The notes: generated from the sequence alone by a model not told the origin. Shown: positions 26,325 through 40,480, numbered from the stretch's first letter. The stretch is DNA of 64,000 nt from Kudoa neothunni (GCA_964304625.1 OZ199840.1:6914136-6978135), one strand, 5' to 3'. Made by a program: numbers and translations.

Positions 26325-27508
26325 CAGTAGGTGATGGCTCGTGCGCACTACCAGTCGTGGGCACCTGCCATGATTTAATGACTTACACAATACTGTGACT
26401 AATTAAAATGAATCGAATAAAAGCATAACAATTATAATAAATTATTAAAACCTTAGTTTTTGTTTAAATTCGTTGTATATAAGAATTAGCTCAAATTTAC
26501 GACTCGTGGGCACTTGAAGGAAACCAAGAAGTTACTTTCTTTGAAAGATAAAGTGGATATAATGCCGTATTATGAAAGAATAACGAATGGGGAAAACAGA
26601 TAAACTAAAATTCTCAATTATTTTAACTTAAAATATCTATCCTCTTTAAATAAAATTTTGGTTAATAAAGAGTACATTTGAAGTCTCATAATGGAATGAA
26701 AATTACAAATAACCACAAAAAATTCATAATTTCTATGAATATTGCTTTAATTTATTTGAGAAAAATGTACAAATTTATCAGAAAACGAAATTGTCAAATG
26801 TTATTTACGGTCATAGATCTAGAACCGGCGATTTACGATTCAAGAATGTTAGAGCTTTACCAGTAAAATATTAATAATTTTTCCAAAGAAAAATCCAATT
26901 AATAAGTATGCTAAAAACTTTTAGTTATATTTTATTGGGTGTATTAATTAACTTTAAGAAATTATGCATATCAATATATATTATATTTATCTTGATTATT
27001 AACTCTTACTTCTACTTCTCTTGAGTATAGAAAATGACTTATTTGTTACGCAACACTTCCTTAAGATATAATGATTCATTAAGAAAGTTTTCCGTGTGTT
27101 TTTATTTAAAATCGTCCAAACCTTTGTGATTAAACTAAAAAATAATTTTGATTGTAATACAATTGGATGTGTGAATTGCATTTATTATTTTTTTAAATTT
27201 TTGTTGACAGAAATCATTGGTATTATCATCACGTTGTCTAAATGGTTTGTTTCTACAAATTAAAATCAAGGATCGACTAGATTAATCGTATTTAATCTAT
27301 ACATGATTGCTATAAGAACATTTTATTTTATCAATATACTTTTGAATATAAATGCAAACATAGTGATAAATAAGAGAGACTAAATTGCAAGAGCCACATT
27401 AAAATTCTGTTTTGTTCGCATGCGTCATGACGGCTCGAGGGCATTTGACAGGTCGTGGGCACCTCGAACCCAATTCCCATTTTAGTGCCCACGACCCGTC
27501 ACCTACTG
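26325..27508 (+). mobile_element. Non-autonomous Tc1/mariner (pogo-like) element
   Basis: TIRs CAGTAGGTGATGGCTCGTGCGCACTA / TAGTGCCCACGACCCGTCACCTACTG; TA on the left, TG on the right; repeated TCGTGGGCAC subterminal motifs. Confidence 0.75.
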
Positions 27509-27768
27509 TGGTCTAAAACGTCTCTGTATAAGGAGAAGATATGTGAACACGGACACTACGACTTTATGTATTAGGATAAATTAATACAAGACCATTTAAA
27601 GATGGAAAAATCAACTTAAATGAGTTGATTTAGAAATATCGCGAAGCTGGTTTGCATAATTAAAACAACAAATTATCATTCCACAAAAATACAATACACA
27701 ACAAAAATAAAACAATGTTTAAAAAATAGCCCTCAAATATTTTGTTTTTACAAGCACAATAATGTATT

Positions 27769-28811
27769 TTATTCGTTGATGACCCTTCTGAAATGGACGG
27801 CTAACTGAAGAACAACCAACAGAATAATAAATATATCGTCAATAAATCCGGCCACACCAAAATGCTTTCAGGGACCAAATCTTTGGGTATGATTACATAC
27901 AAAAGTACAAATGCTAGGAGAAATGCCACCCCTAATTCGGTAGAAAAGAGCGACACTGTGATTGTTTAAGGTATGTCTGATCATATTTCGTAGCATGACG
28001 GGAAGATCTCGAATTTGTTCCCACAACTAAACAATATAATACGAGATATTGATAAAATATTTTGAGTGAAAAAATCATTCAGAATGATAAATAATACAGA
28101 TATTTTTATTCCAGAGAATCTTCTGTTATACCAACGAATATTTCTAACAATATTGTTTTTGTAATCATCATCAATATCGTCGATGTTCGTATCATCGTCA
28201 TCTTGATTGGTGGGTAGGTTCTCAGCATTAAATTTATTGTTAACATCAGAAGAATATTCGAATGAGCCAGGCCATTGAGGTAACAGGATATTTACATTAG
28301 CTCTGCATAGAGGACAAGTGGCTCCTTTTAGAAAGCTACCATAATCATAATATGTGATAAAGCAATTCCCTACAAATGAAAGTAATTACTATAAATAATA
28401 TCACACCATAATAGAATTAATAAAACGACAATATGAAGTTGAGATTCATTGTGAACTTATTCATCATAAGTAAGGATAAAAAAATCAATTTACCACAATA
28501 GATATGACCGCAATTGGTTTGAACAGGCCATTCCGCATTTTCGAAACAAATCGTACATTTAACATTAATTTTATAACCAGGTTTTCTTGTCGTTTCCGGT
28601 TCATTTGTTGGTGGACCGAAATTTTGCTGTCTGCTATAACTAGCATTTGTTTGATTTTGAATATTATGCTGAATTCTGTTGTGATACCAGGCGAGAAACA
28701 CAAACAGAGCCAATGTCATAAAAAACAGTATAATACCTATTGGACTATACTCTGGGAGTTCATCGCTATCAAGATAGTCGATAAAAATGATTCAAACGAT
28801 TCAAAACTCAT
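27769..28811 (-). CDS. RNF170: RNF170-like ER-membrane RING E3 ubiquitin ligase (multi-exon; three apparent 1-nt indels)
   Basis: N-terminal TM; RING CTICFENAEWPVQTNCGHIYCG/NCFITYYDYGSFLKGATCPLCR; YNRRFSG; IRDLPVMLR; YVIIPKDLVPESIFGVAGFIDD (DUF1232-like) after indel correction. Confidence 0.85.
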
Positions 28812-30048
28812 TTACTATCGTAAGGTTAGTAGTATTACCCTTAAAGTAGATACTAAAATCAACTAAAACCCATAAACTACTCTCCCGAATGAATATTACG
28901 CACGCGTAAGGACCAGCAGAGATAAACTATACATTGTTTTCTGGGGGGCCAATTGATTTTTCTATTTTAGTTTTTATTGCACCAAATAAGTCTCAATTAT
29001 CTATTCAAATTTAGAAAGGATTGAATAATCTAAATACTTTCTTTTTGAATTTTAATTCCTCAATAACGTATTAACAATTTCATTCTAACGGAATACACAA
29101 TTAATCCTACTTACAATTGAGTTACGCCAACTAATTAGCCAAGATACACAATTCTATTTCGCTGGGAGGGAATTTAATAAAAAGTCCTTTAAAATATATA
29201 ATGTAGTTTTGGCGATTCGTTGTCATTATTAAATTTTAAGTCTATTTTACTCAAATGATATGAGCTCTAATCCCAACCAGTATCCTTAATTCGTAAGTAG
29301 AGAGCCTTGGTTGGTTATATACACAAACCTTACTATTATGAATATTGAATCTATAACTTTTTTATCAACTTTTCTACACTAAAAACTCGGCAATTTTCTT
29401 AACCTCTCAGTAATTAATTAACAACCGAATGTAAATATTTAATGAATATGCATTATGTGGGAAGTAACGCTACTCTGAAATTCCATATCCATGAAATAAT
29501 ACTTTAAAAATAGATAATATAAACACATGCTGAATAAAAGCTTACGAATTAACAAAAAATTTTTGGAGCCAGTCGTCGAATAATAACAACTGATTTTCGA
29601 GATATCCCGATATCTAATGATGATTAATTCTATCTTATAATATTCATTTTCTGTCTTTGGTGAAAAATAAAAGGTATTTATTCCCATAGCAAATATTTGG
29701 GTTTAAATTAACCCCAGGTCTACCAAACGCTTAACATAATAATTCGTTAAGTTATTTTCGCACACAGTAATCGTGTATAATCTTGTTATCTGAAAATAAA
29801 GAAATTTCAATTTTGGATAGACACTAATTAAGTTAAACGTTGCGAGCAACAGGTCGTTCAGTCTATGCTCAAAGCTTACATTTAATTCAAGCAATCTATT
29901 CAAAGCACACTAAATAGACTTTTAATTCATGTGAGAATATGTGCGTGATTATTTACACAAGCAATCCTAATATAGAAAACTTTTAAGAGTAAGCAGCCCT
30001 ATATTAAAGCCAACAATCCTTTGAGCAAGCCAACATATCTGCTTGCTT

Positions 30049-30065
30049 GGGGGGGGGGGGGGGGG
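30049..30065 (+). repeat. G17 homopolymer
   Basis: 17 consecutive G in AT-rich DNA. Confidence 0.9.
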
Positions 30066-30687
30066 CACATAAAAACCTACAATGAGGATTTCTACCTTTT
30101 CCCGTGTCACTACTAGCTGAGTGCGCCAAAGACTTTGGAGACATTTAACAACGGACTAATTACACGTGATTTTAATCTCAAATATGTTAAGTTATAGGTG
30201 GGTTATCCGCCACGTCCCGTTTACCCAAATTAATGTTTATACTGAAGCAATAAATCCAAGTTTAAATTAAACTCCGTTCTGTTAAAGTAAAGAGGGGATC
30301 ATGCAGCTCTATTGCTGGTTTGCGCGTGTCGAATAGATAACATTTAAAATTTCCCCGATATCATTTTCTCAAGCCATTACGAGTTCTGTAACTCTCAATC
30401 TTCACTTATAGATATACTTATACCATTACCAATGAGTGTAATTACTTAGATTCACAAGTATGGAGTGTAATTATGCAAGAATTTGACATAATATCGCCTA
30501 AATAATTCAATAAAATATAGTATTTTTGCAAATCTGTTTTATTAAATTGTTGATAAAATAGGTTTTTCGTTTTATTAATTTTCTTAAGATAAATAATGAA
30601 AAATCTGGGGAACTATGATGTGCGTAAGAGGGTGTTTTTAGTTAGCGGCTTCGTAATTAAAAGGATTAAAATCACAGAATATAACTA

Positions 30688-32577
30688 CAGTCGTGACTCG
30701 ATACTGCGTAATTTAACAAAAATAAGCGTTATACATTTTAATTAACAAAATTAAACAATTAAATCATATTCGACATGCTAAATTGGATTATTATGAAAAG
30801 AAATTATATTTTGAACAAGCGGATATACGACAAAATAGAAAAAACCTTGTGTCTAGCTGTTGCGTAACTCATTTTCCACATTTTAATCCCTTTAATCCAT
30901 TGGTTGCAGTATCGTAAACATGGTAAAATATCAAAGAACTATAAAAGATAAAATTAAAATAATATATTACTATAATTCACTTAAGTCTATAGCTTGTGCT
31001 AAAGCTATGACTGTAAAACATTTCGGTTTACCAAGTGATTCTAACTTAAATATTTTTCGGTAATTTAAAATAGGTCATTCTACTCTTGATAGAATCTTGT
31101 CAAAACAAGATGAAATTACAAATCCAAGTATTGAAATATTTAGAAAAAGATTTAAACCCGGAAAATATGAACATCTTGAAAATAACCTTTACAACTGGAT
31201 AGTTTCAATGCGAGATCAAAATAAACTATTATCTGGATTAAAAATTATCGAAAAGGCTTCTATTACTGCCAAAGATATTGGAATAAACAATTTTAATGGA
31301 AGCAGGGTATGGTTTAATAATTTCAGGGTGCGTTATGGTCTGAAAAGTTCTAAATTACACGGAGAAGCTGAAAGTGCCGACTTTAGATGTATTTATGAAT
31401 GGATGGGCAAGTCGTCCGAGATTTTGTCAAGATACAACCCAGAAAACATCTTAAATTTGGACGAGACTGGTCTTTATTATGAACAGTTGATACAACGTAC
31501 ATACATTACTAAAAATGAACAAAATGTAAAGGGTGTAAAACAATCCAAAAAGTGTGTTACGGTTTTGGTCACTGCTTCAATGACAGGAGAAAATTTTCCA
31601 TTACATGTATTAGGAAAATTTAAGAAACCTCGCTGTTTTAAAGGAATTAAAGAGTTTCCAGTTGAATATCATTCCCAAGCGAATGGCTGGGTGTCCTCAA
31701 CCATATTTTTTCAGATCCTCAAAGAGATGAACCACAATTTCATTAAAGAAAACAGAAAGGTTTTAATTTTATTGGATCAATGCCCGTCTCATCCCAAATC
31801 GATTGATAATTTGGAAAACATCGAGCTTCTATTCTATTTCTGCCGAAAAATACTACCACTGTGGTGCAACCAACGGATCTGGGAACAATTCATAGTTTAA
31901 AATCAAATTATAGAAAACTATTATGCAAAGACATTATACTTGAAGAGGATGACCCAGATAGATTTAAATAAATTGTTCTCAATTGTTTAAATACTCTAAA
32001 ATTGGCTTGGGAAATGGTTACGGTATCAACTATTGGTAATTGTTTTAATAAGTCGCCTGTTTTCAAAAGTATATTATCGATTATTTCTTTTATCTCTATT
32101 GAAAAATTAAGATGAGCAAGTTTTAATGGAATGTGAGGATGAAATAACATTAGAAGGTAACATAGCTGAAAAATTTTAATAATTAATATTTATAGATAAC
32201 AATGTTGATGATATCATTCTGTCGGAAGAAAATGAAATCTTACATCTAGATGAGGATGAGCATTGTAAAGTCACTGTGTATAGTGAAGACCTTAATTTTG
32301 AACAAAAAGATGAATTCGTCACAACATCTCAATCAAAAAGTGCAATTAATACATTAAGAAAAGCGTTCATCATCGATAATCATAAAGCCTTGTTTTCTCT
32401 GTGTCCAGTTGTGGATGTTGTACATGAAATTATTTGTAATGGAACAAAAATCCATAAAATTGATGAGTTCTTTTGTAAGAAATGTTAAAATTGTAAATAC
32501 TATGCGTGCGACGGTGACTCGATATTGCGTAATTTTTTCCCGGCCCTAAATTGTTACGCAATATCGAGACATTACTG
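30688..32577 (+). mobile_element. Tigger/pogo DNA transposon with degenerate TIGD-like transposase
   Basis: TA|CAGTCGTGACTCGATACTGCGTAA ... TTACGCAATATCGAGACATTACTG|TA. ORF 31097-31900 has a CENP-B HTH, NLDETGL and LLDQCPSH; QPTD follows after a frameshift. Confidence 0.92.
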
Positions 32578-32744
32578 TATGTATCAGTATGATTAACATT
32601 CAAAAGAGAACTTAAAATTGAATTTTATGCATAGATTAATGTATATCATATTTTACAAAACCCATAAAATTTATATGAATCAAATTATAATAGCATATTT
32701 GTATTTTTTAAGGGAATCCTTAAAAGAACCTATATATTATAGAT

Positions 32745-33301
32745 CAGGGATCGGGAACCTTTTTTGATGAGAGAGCCACAAAGATCAAAATTTTTTTAAA
32801 AACAAATTCCATGAGAGCCATACTACATATTTTAAAATTAAAAAAAGTACATGTCCACGTTTTATATAGTCCTAATACTTTAAAATAAAACGAGTCATTC
32901 AATTCTTTTTAATTACATTGTTACGCTATTTTCAATCAATAATGATTACTTCTCATCATCATTGTGATTTCTGGTTCTGCATATGATTTGTAGTATGGGT
33001 GATACGTGGTAAGATTAAGCTTCGTGAAGGTGTTGAGACTTCAATCCGATAAACGTGACTGTAGTTTAGTATTCATGTCTTTAGATGTGAAAGACTACTC
33101 ACATGCACACTTAAAGCCAAACGTTGCCATTACAACAATATTCGTACGCTGCAGTATCACATACTGCAGGTAACCGATTTTCCGTAGTGACCGTTTCGCA
33201 TATTTGCAGAGAAGTTTAACGAAGAATTTTTTTTAAATTGAAAAGTTGTTTGCGAGCCAAACGCAAACATCCAAAGAGCCACGTCTGGCTCCCGACCCCT
33301 G
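32745..33301 (-). mobile_element. hAT (Charlie-like) non-autonomous element, 557 bp
   Basis: TIRs CAGGGATCGGGAACC / GGCTCCCGACCCCTG; 8-bp TSD TTATAGAT / TTACAGAT; C-terminal remnant CACE.SF...SRLSD on the minus strand. Confidence 0.82.
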
Positions 33302-33392
33302 TTACAGATCAAGTGGACCACGTTTAAGATTTGTTGTTTTAAGCTTAAGAAGTAAACTATAGTTATACATCAGTTTATTGTTTTAAATAAGA

Positions 33393-34690
33393 ATGAAAGA
33401 AAATATAACGTCAATTGCTAGAAATTATTTTTCACAAGTTGATGAAATTAATTCAAAGTGACGTTGTAAGTGTGGGAAGGAAACAATTCAAAAAAACACA
33501 GGATGGACAAATCTTTCTAATCATGTTAAAAGTCAGCACAAAGACTATCTCAAGTCAACTGTAAGGCCAACATTATTGAATAACTTTGGAATTGTGCCAA
33601 AAGTTACAAAAAAGGGTAGCATCATTTACGGATGGCTAAATTGAGTTTGTTATACATTGAAACCATTTAATTTTGTAGAAAATGAATTCATTCGTTTGTA
33701 TAGCAACCTAGAGACAATTTCAGTCAAAACATTTAAACAATATCTCGATTTGGTTAAAAGGAAATCGAAATAAAAATAAAAGATTCATTTCCCTCCAAAT
33801 TTTCCCTCATTTTAGATGGGTGGGCGAAAAATTCCGCCCATTCTATCGGCATTTTTGCTACTTTTAACTCATCAAATTCGAACGGCTATGAAGTATTTCT
33901 TTTAACATTTTCTCCATTATTGGCAGAAACAAAATTTACATCAAATGATCATTATGATCTTCTAAAATTTGTTTTGGGTATATATGGGAAATCCTTTTCC
34001 AATATAATATCAATAAATGGAAACGATGCTGAAGTTAATAAAGCTTTAGCGAATCTATGTCAAGTACTTTTGAAAGGTACGAAACGCTAAAAGTTTTTTT
34101 TCTGACCCTGCTTTCATCAAAGAAAAAAGCTTGATGGATCATCTGCTATCACGGAGAGAAAATATGGATATACCAGAGTTATTAATTCATTTGAAAAAGT
34201 TTAACCCGGTTTCATTGATCCTTCAAAAAGAAATTGTTACATTGGCTAAAACGCGATATTTTTATGATGAACTTATTCTCATATATTCCTACTTGGATGA
34301 AGTACTTGGTACCAACGCCAAAATAATTTACTCTCCAACTTTTGAAAAAGCGATATATAAAATTTAAGAGGAAAGGTTAGATTAGATGACTTACGAGGAA
34401 CAAAGTGCCGTTTGGGATTTGAAAGTAAATACATCCAATCCCGGGGAAGAAATTGAATCTTCAACTATATGTGATGATTTTGCCCTTAATGTTTTAAGAA
34501 AAACAAAGATGGAAAAAAAATTTATTCCCACCTGCTATATGGATACCAGGTTCATCCTTCCAACCTCTAATATCGTTGAGCGCCTTTTCAGCAATGCTGG
34601 CTATGTCTCTAACGACTTTAGACAAAGTTTATTGCCATCAAATTTAGAAATGCAAATTTTTTCGAAGGTAAACCATAAACTGTGGACGAA
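33393..34690 (+). pseudogene. Degenerate BED-finger hAT-like transposase
   Basis: RCKCG..GWTNLSNHVKSQH, IYGWL..KPFNFVEN, FSLILDGW, FILPTSNIVERLFS..RQSLLPSNLEM...VNHKLW. Confidence 0.78.
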
Positions 34691-36417
34691 AAACTTGTTT
34701 CCAAAATTGTTTCTTCGAATTCAAGTATATAATTTTAATTTTCTTTTCGATTTGTCACTGTGAACTTTTTGGGTTCTTCGCTAAGCCCAGACATTATGCT
34801 TAGGAAGAAAAACTAAAATAAAATAACCACAGGACTAATAATAAAGTTAACAGTAATATACTATGCTTATAAATATGTTCTAGTTAATTCGGATAATTTC
34901 AGAAGAACGAACAAATTACTGCTCTTCTAACATCCATAATATAAACTCTACTTTTAAAAATTGTTCATTAGTTGTTTTTGTTTTTGTCTTTGTCCTATTT
35001 TATTTTTTTCGCTATAAGTAACAACAAATTAATACATCTTTTTATTAATGTGAGTCTATCTCAGATATTCTTTTATCCGATTTAGGTAGATAGCTAAATC
35101 GGGGTTGTGCTATTTTTAATTCATATGTTGTTATAATATATTGACCAAAGAAATATTTTGATATTGAGATGAAGATTGTTATACCATTTTGAAAATAAGA
35201 TTTTGAAACGCATAAGTAACTAACTTATTTTTTTGTGGTAATTTTTAGATTAATTCTCACAACTATTTATACTTTATTTGGATTTTTCATTACTGTTTGT
35301 GGCGCTCAAAAGTTTATTATTAACTGGAAAATAGGCAAAATCGTTTCCAAGCGTGGGATGCAAGATGATTAATCGTAATATAAATAATTTTTTTATATAA
35401 TAAGATTAAATTTGTTAACAATAAATTATTTTGTTATTAGTCCATTAAAAATTTTTTTAGATAAATTTCAATTAATTGAAATAATTGATTGTGACAAATC
35501 GAAATTAAAATTAATTGATACAAATGTGTCTAATTTTTCAAAAGTACTTTTATTTTAATTCAAACCCATTTTAACGAAGAAAGTTTAGGATATAAAATAC
35601 CGCAATTTTACTGGGGGAAGGTGTCGTAACCGATTATTTAGTTATTTATTTACTGCGTACGCAGTAGACGGAATTTAAAATTGTTGAATTAGTGTTTTTC
35701 TCTGCAGCGAGTTATAGTTAAAAAACAAACTAATAACTACAGGTGTTTCTTGAGTTAAAATTTGTTGGTATAAATAAATCTCTGTTCTGTAGAGAAGACA
35801 AAATGATACGAAATAGCATACAATATAAAAATATTTACTCCTAGATTTAATATAAAAACTTGAAGATTAAACGGATCTGGGGTGAGAAAATTCCCCAATT
35901 TACTTATAAAGTTAAAATGATCCTTTATTTGTCGATTATTTATTTTTTTACTTTTTTTAAATGAAAATATAAAAGATAACAATGTAACTACATGGACTTG
36001 GATTTCTAATATTAATCATTTGTGAGTTCATTTTTGTCAATGAAACATCGGGAGCTCACGAATGTTCCCAAAGCGATAAGGAATTGATTTTACCCTACTA
36101 AATATGCCTTTCTCCAAAATAGTCAATTTTCTTTTTGAAACCTTTAAAAAAATTCATATCTCCCGAAACCTTGATAATCACCGTGGGCTCGTTAATAAAC
36201 GTGTTCATAATTAGTTCCTTCACGAGCTAGATATTTGTCTCTTTTTTCGTATAACAAATAAGACTCAACATTATTTTACGCATTTAACAACTGAATTGTA
36301 AATTTCTTAATCTTAATTTTTAAACTGCATGCACTCCAGATGTTTACTTTGACCCAAAGATCCTAATTTATAACTATTATTTCAAGTGATCGAATTATGC
36401 CCAAATGTAAATAGTCT

Positions 36418-37086
36418 GATGGTGACTATTCGCACTCCCTCGGTGCATGCGTGGAGGATTAAAGCATTATGTCTATACGTGCTTTTCTCTTATATTAGAT
36501 GTTGCAGAAAGACAATAATAGCCAAAATTGATAAATAAAATTTTTTTAAAAATGAATAAAATGATAAAAATATTTTTTTCCTACTTTTGAATAATCAACA
36601 CAATTTTTTAATTGTTTTCGCCTTCCTTTTACTTTAATAAAACAAACATTGAAATTGTACGTGTTGAAATTTTTTCCATTTGATTGATTTATGGAAAATG
36701 TGGTTTTATTCTCGTATTGATCTTTTTAATTTTTTTGGATCTTGTAAAATCCGTTGTATTGACTACCACCAAGTGTATTTAATTGATCCAATATTTCAGA
36801 ACATAATTGTTTGTTGTTTTTAAATTTTGATCTTAAGTTAACATTGGTTGGTAAAACATTCAAGTTGATATTTTATGAATCGATACCGGGTGACTTTATA
36901 GTTGTTGAAATATCATCGTCTGTTATATTGCACACATCATTATTATCGACGAATATATCATTGTTTGTATAAACCACCATCCAGTGCATATAGAATCAGA
37001 AGTCAAAATTAAAAAATTTATCATTGCAATTAAATGTTTTCATAGGAGAGAATATTATTGAAAAATTGTACAATCACACTTGTATA
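36418..37086 (-). mobile_element. 3' half of a split MULE (TIR plus SWIM remnant)
   Basis: TIR of about 80 bp from 36418 resembles the one at 50825; TSD AAATAGTCT at 36409-36417; YKCDCTIFQ*YSLL*KHLIA on the minus strand next to the Ginger end. Confidence 0.75.
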
Positions 37087-39477
37087 TGTTACCGGCAATG
37101 TATGAAATTCAGGCAATATATAAAATGCCTAGAAAATGTGTATAATGCCTAGCATTCTTAGGCAAAGTGTATAATGCATGCGTTCTTACATACTCTGCCT
37201 AGGCATTCTATACAATGACTAGTTCTATTTCAGGCAATTTGCAAATATGCAAATTTAAAAAGATATTCGTCAAAAAATGGTTAATAATCAAAAATGAAGC
37301 GCAAAAAGAAATCAAAATTAACCTTCAGAAAAATCACAAACGAGGCACAACAATAACTTATTATTTATTACGACAAGGAAGACTAGAATGGCATTTTGAA
37401 TTGCATTGTAGATTCTTCTTGAGGCAAAGGCATTTATTTCGGCACTTAGTTTTACACATACACCTTAAAAATCCTTGACCACTTCCTGTAGATTGAGAAG
37501 TAGCAATAGAGCGTAGAGGTATTTCGTGGTCAGGGACATCAACAATTTTTATAAATCGCTTTTGGCAAATGCTAAATTGTGATCTTGCGTATAGCTGCTT
37601 TAACCTTCCTTGATTAGTTCCAAGTCGGTAAAAACCATCTTCCGTAAGGTCCATTACCACCGCTAACACATTTCGCGGGTCACCACGTCCCTTGTCCACA
37701 TCAGGAATAGGAATGCGCATAGTATCGCCCAAAGATGCAGGAGAAAAATTTTTGTCCGAAGCCATTTTCATTTTTTTGCTTGAATCTCTAGGCTCAACAT
37801 AGTAGACAGCTTCTTATGTTTTCCCGCATTTTCAATGTTAAAACAAATAGTGCAGCAGATATCAACACCATAACCTCTAATTGTTTCACCATTGTCGTCT
37901 TTTAGAGTTTCCCCACAGATTATATGGACGCTTCGGCCATACTTAATGCAAGCATGTGCACCAGTACTTGCTTTTAAGCATACACAACACACGGAAGAAT
38001 TTTCAGATTCTTGAGTACACATCTCTTCATCGTAGCATTGTTTTTTCATTTCGTATTCAGAAATCTCAACAGGGTTCTGTGGAGTAATGCTCATTTCTTC
38101 GGCCACATGGTTCACATCTTCTAGCTCTATTGTGTGCATATTTTCAATTATTATTTCTAATTCTTCTTCAGTGTGTATACCGACTAAAACATCTTGAGGT
38201 ATGGAAGACGTAGTGAGACCAACTTTAACTTTGCAGCCAAAGAGAGCTTCGTAAGGTGTTCTTTGAATCCCAGAATGGAAAGCTCTATTTTTCATAAGTT
38301 TGACGAAACGTATTCCTTCACTCCATTTGTTGGTTTTTTCGTCTTACATCCAAGTAGACAACATGCTTTCGATATCTTGGTTAGCTCGCTCAACGCTACC
38401 CTGACTTTAAGAACGTCGCGGCTTTCCATGAACAATCTTTAATGTCGGCCAGTATTTCTTCAGATTCGTGATCATCTTACTGGAAAATTCTCGACCGTTA
38501 TCTGACTGCAATATCGATGGAGCTCCCAGTAATGTGAATATGTCTATTAAATTAAACGCTACTTCTTCAGCTGTTTTTGATTTAATAGCCCGTAAAACAA
38601 CAAACTTAGTAAGATGATCTTGATATACCATTATAAATTTGTATTCTTTATCAGGATGGAATTGGAAATCAATTAGATCCACCTGACAGCGGGAATTGAA
38701 ATCTGAAAATACCATCGGTTTCACTACAATGCGTGTCTTCATGCCTTTTTGTTTCTTTTGGCATGCCTGGAAAAGTTGAATGTACGTTTCAATATCACGA
38801 CGGGTAATGTTTATAAATTTTGGTCGAAGCTTCTTTAACATTCTATCTCGTCCTCCATGTCCAATGGATACATGAGCATCATGAATAACATCAAATAATT
38901 CAGAATCACTGACGTAAAACTGAATAGAACGGACCCCTTCTTTGACAGGATAGAACAACTTGCTTTTTTTTCTCTATCGTCATCACATCGTAGCGTTTCA
39001 GAAGCCAATAATCCCGTGGTCCTTTCTTTGTTGTTAACTTTGCTCTTATTACATCATTCACTAGTCGTTCATAACTGGCGTCGGTAAGGAAAACACAATT
39101 TTTAGCGCCAGTAGTTCGCATTTTTGATAGCTCTGTAAGGAAAAGTTCTCTCATTTCAATCAAACGATATTCTTTTTAAAATGCTACATTTGAATTTTCT
39201 CCGTTCATGTTTACAAACACACAGCAATGAGCACAAACTTACGTAGCGTCACCTAATCCCAAGGACTGTTATCACGTGAAAATGACGACTCGAACATCCT
39301 TTTGGTGGGAATTAATTTTTTATACATTGCCCGAAGTAGAACTAGTCATTGTATAGAATACCTAGGTAGAGTATGTAAGAACGCATGTATTATACACTTT
39401 GCCTAAGAATGCTAGGCATTATACACATTTTCTAGGCATTCTATATATTGCCTGAATTTCATACTATGCCTGTAACA
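37087..39477 (-). mobile_element. Ginger2/TDD-type DNA transposon (KRBA2/SCAND3-like integrase), copy 1
   Basis: TIRs of about 140 bp, TGTTAC...GTAACA, flanked by TATA on both sides. Integrase motifs HVSIGHGGRD, RCQVDLID, LQSDNGREF, GKPRRS*SQGSVER; Cys-rich C-terminus; no RT and no LTR. Confidence 0.9.
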
Positions 39478-40480
39478 TATACAAATAAAGAGTATCGGAA
39501 TTCCTTGAAAACCCAAACGATTTGCTAGTATCATTTATCAACACTGTGTCGCGCTTTGAATTTCTTATCAAAAACCGGTGAGAGCGAGAAAACCGCCGGA
39601 TCAATTAAACTCCAAATAACATTTTTTGAACTGGTGATTTTTTATGAACTGTATGGAGTGTTTATATTTATTTGGCGTAATTAAATTGCTCCTTTAAATA
39701 CAGAATTTAATCAAGCGAGTGCAGTATTTTAGTATTTTGTTTCTAGTATTACTTTTATATAAATTTGTTGTTTATAATATTTGAAATAATTATAATAACA
39801 TTTTTTAGTTAGAATTGTGTATTGTTTTACATAAAAATGGTACATTCAGGCAGGAATAAATAATAGCTTCGATCGGTGAGTGTTAGATCATGGGACAGGA
39901 AAAGATATTTTTTCTTTTTCATTAATGCGTAGAAAATTCAATTAATACAAAAAATTTTTGTTTTAATTGATGCATTTCAAAAATAATTCGGAAAATTAAC
40001 AAGTTGAAATATTTAAAATAATAAAAAGCATAATTTTAGAACGGTTTTTACTGTTATTATTATTTTCGCGTTTAAATAATAGGTAAAATTAAACCTGGAC
40101 TTTCACATGGAGGAGGGCGCGCGAAGTAAAAGGAAATTAGCATGCGATGGGCGTACGAGTGTAAGTAAAATTTGCAGGGAAACACCGAAACAAATTAAAG
40201 GAAATGGCTATTGACATGGACCATAATATCCAGGCGAGTATATTTTTGACTATAGTATATTATTTTTGATCAATTAATATCGCTCTTAGGGACAAAAATA
40301 ACTAACTATAGCATATTCCAAAAAACCAAGCTTTATACCAGCGTTGTTCAAACTTTGTCTTCAATGGAATCTTTTTGCATTATTTATAATTTAATGGAAC
40401 CCTCATCTAAATTAACTCATTAAGGTTTGCTGAACTGACCTTAATGGATTAACCCTCTAAAGACGCAAAAAAACTACCCT

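Noticed and set aside
36418-36500. Repeat of about 80 bp (also at 50825) as an ncRNA or mini-Helitron
   Set aside because: Better explained as MULE TIRs: a 9-bp TSD and adjacent MULE coding remnants are present.
37087-39477. Domesticated KRBA2/SCAND3 host gene or LTR element remnant
   Set aside because: Intact TIRs, 4-bp flanks, two copies, and no KRAB, SCAN or RT domain.
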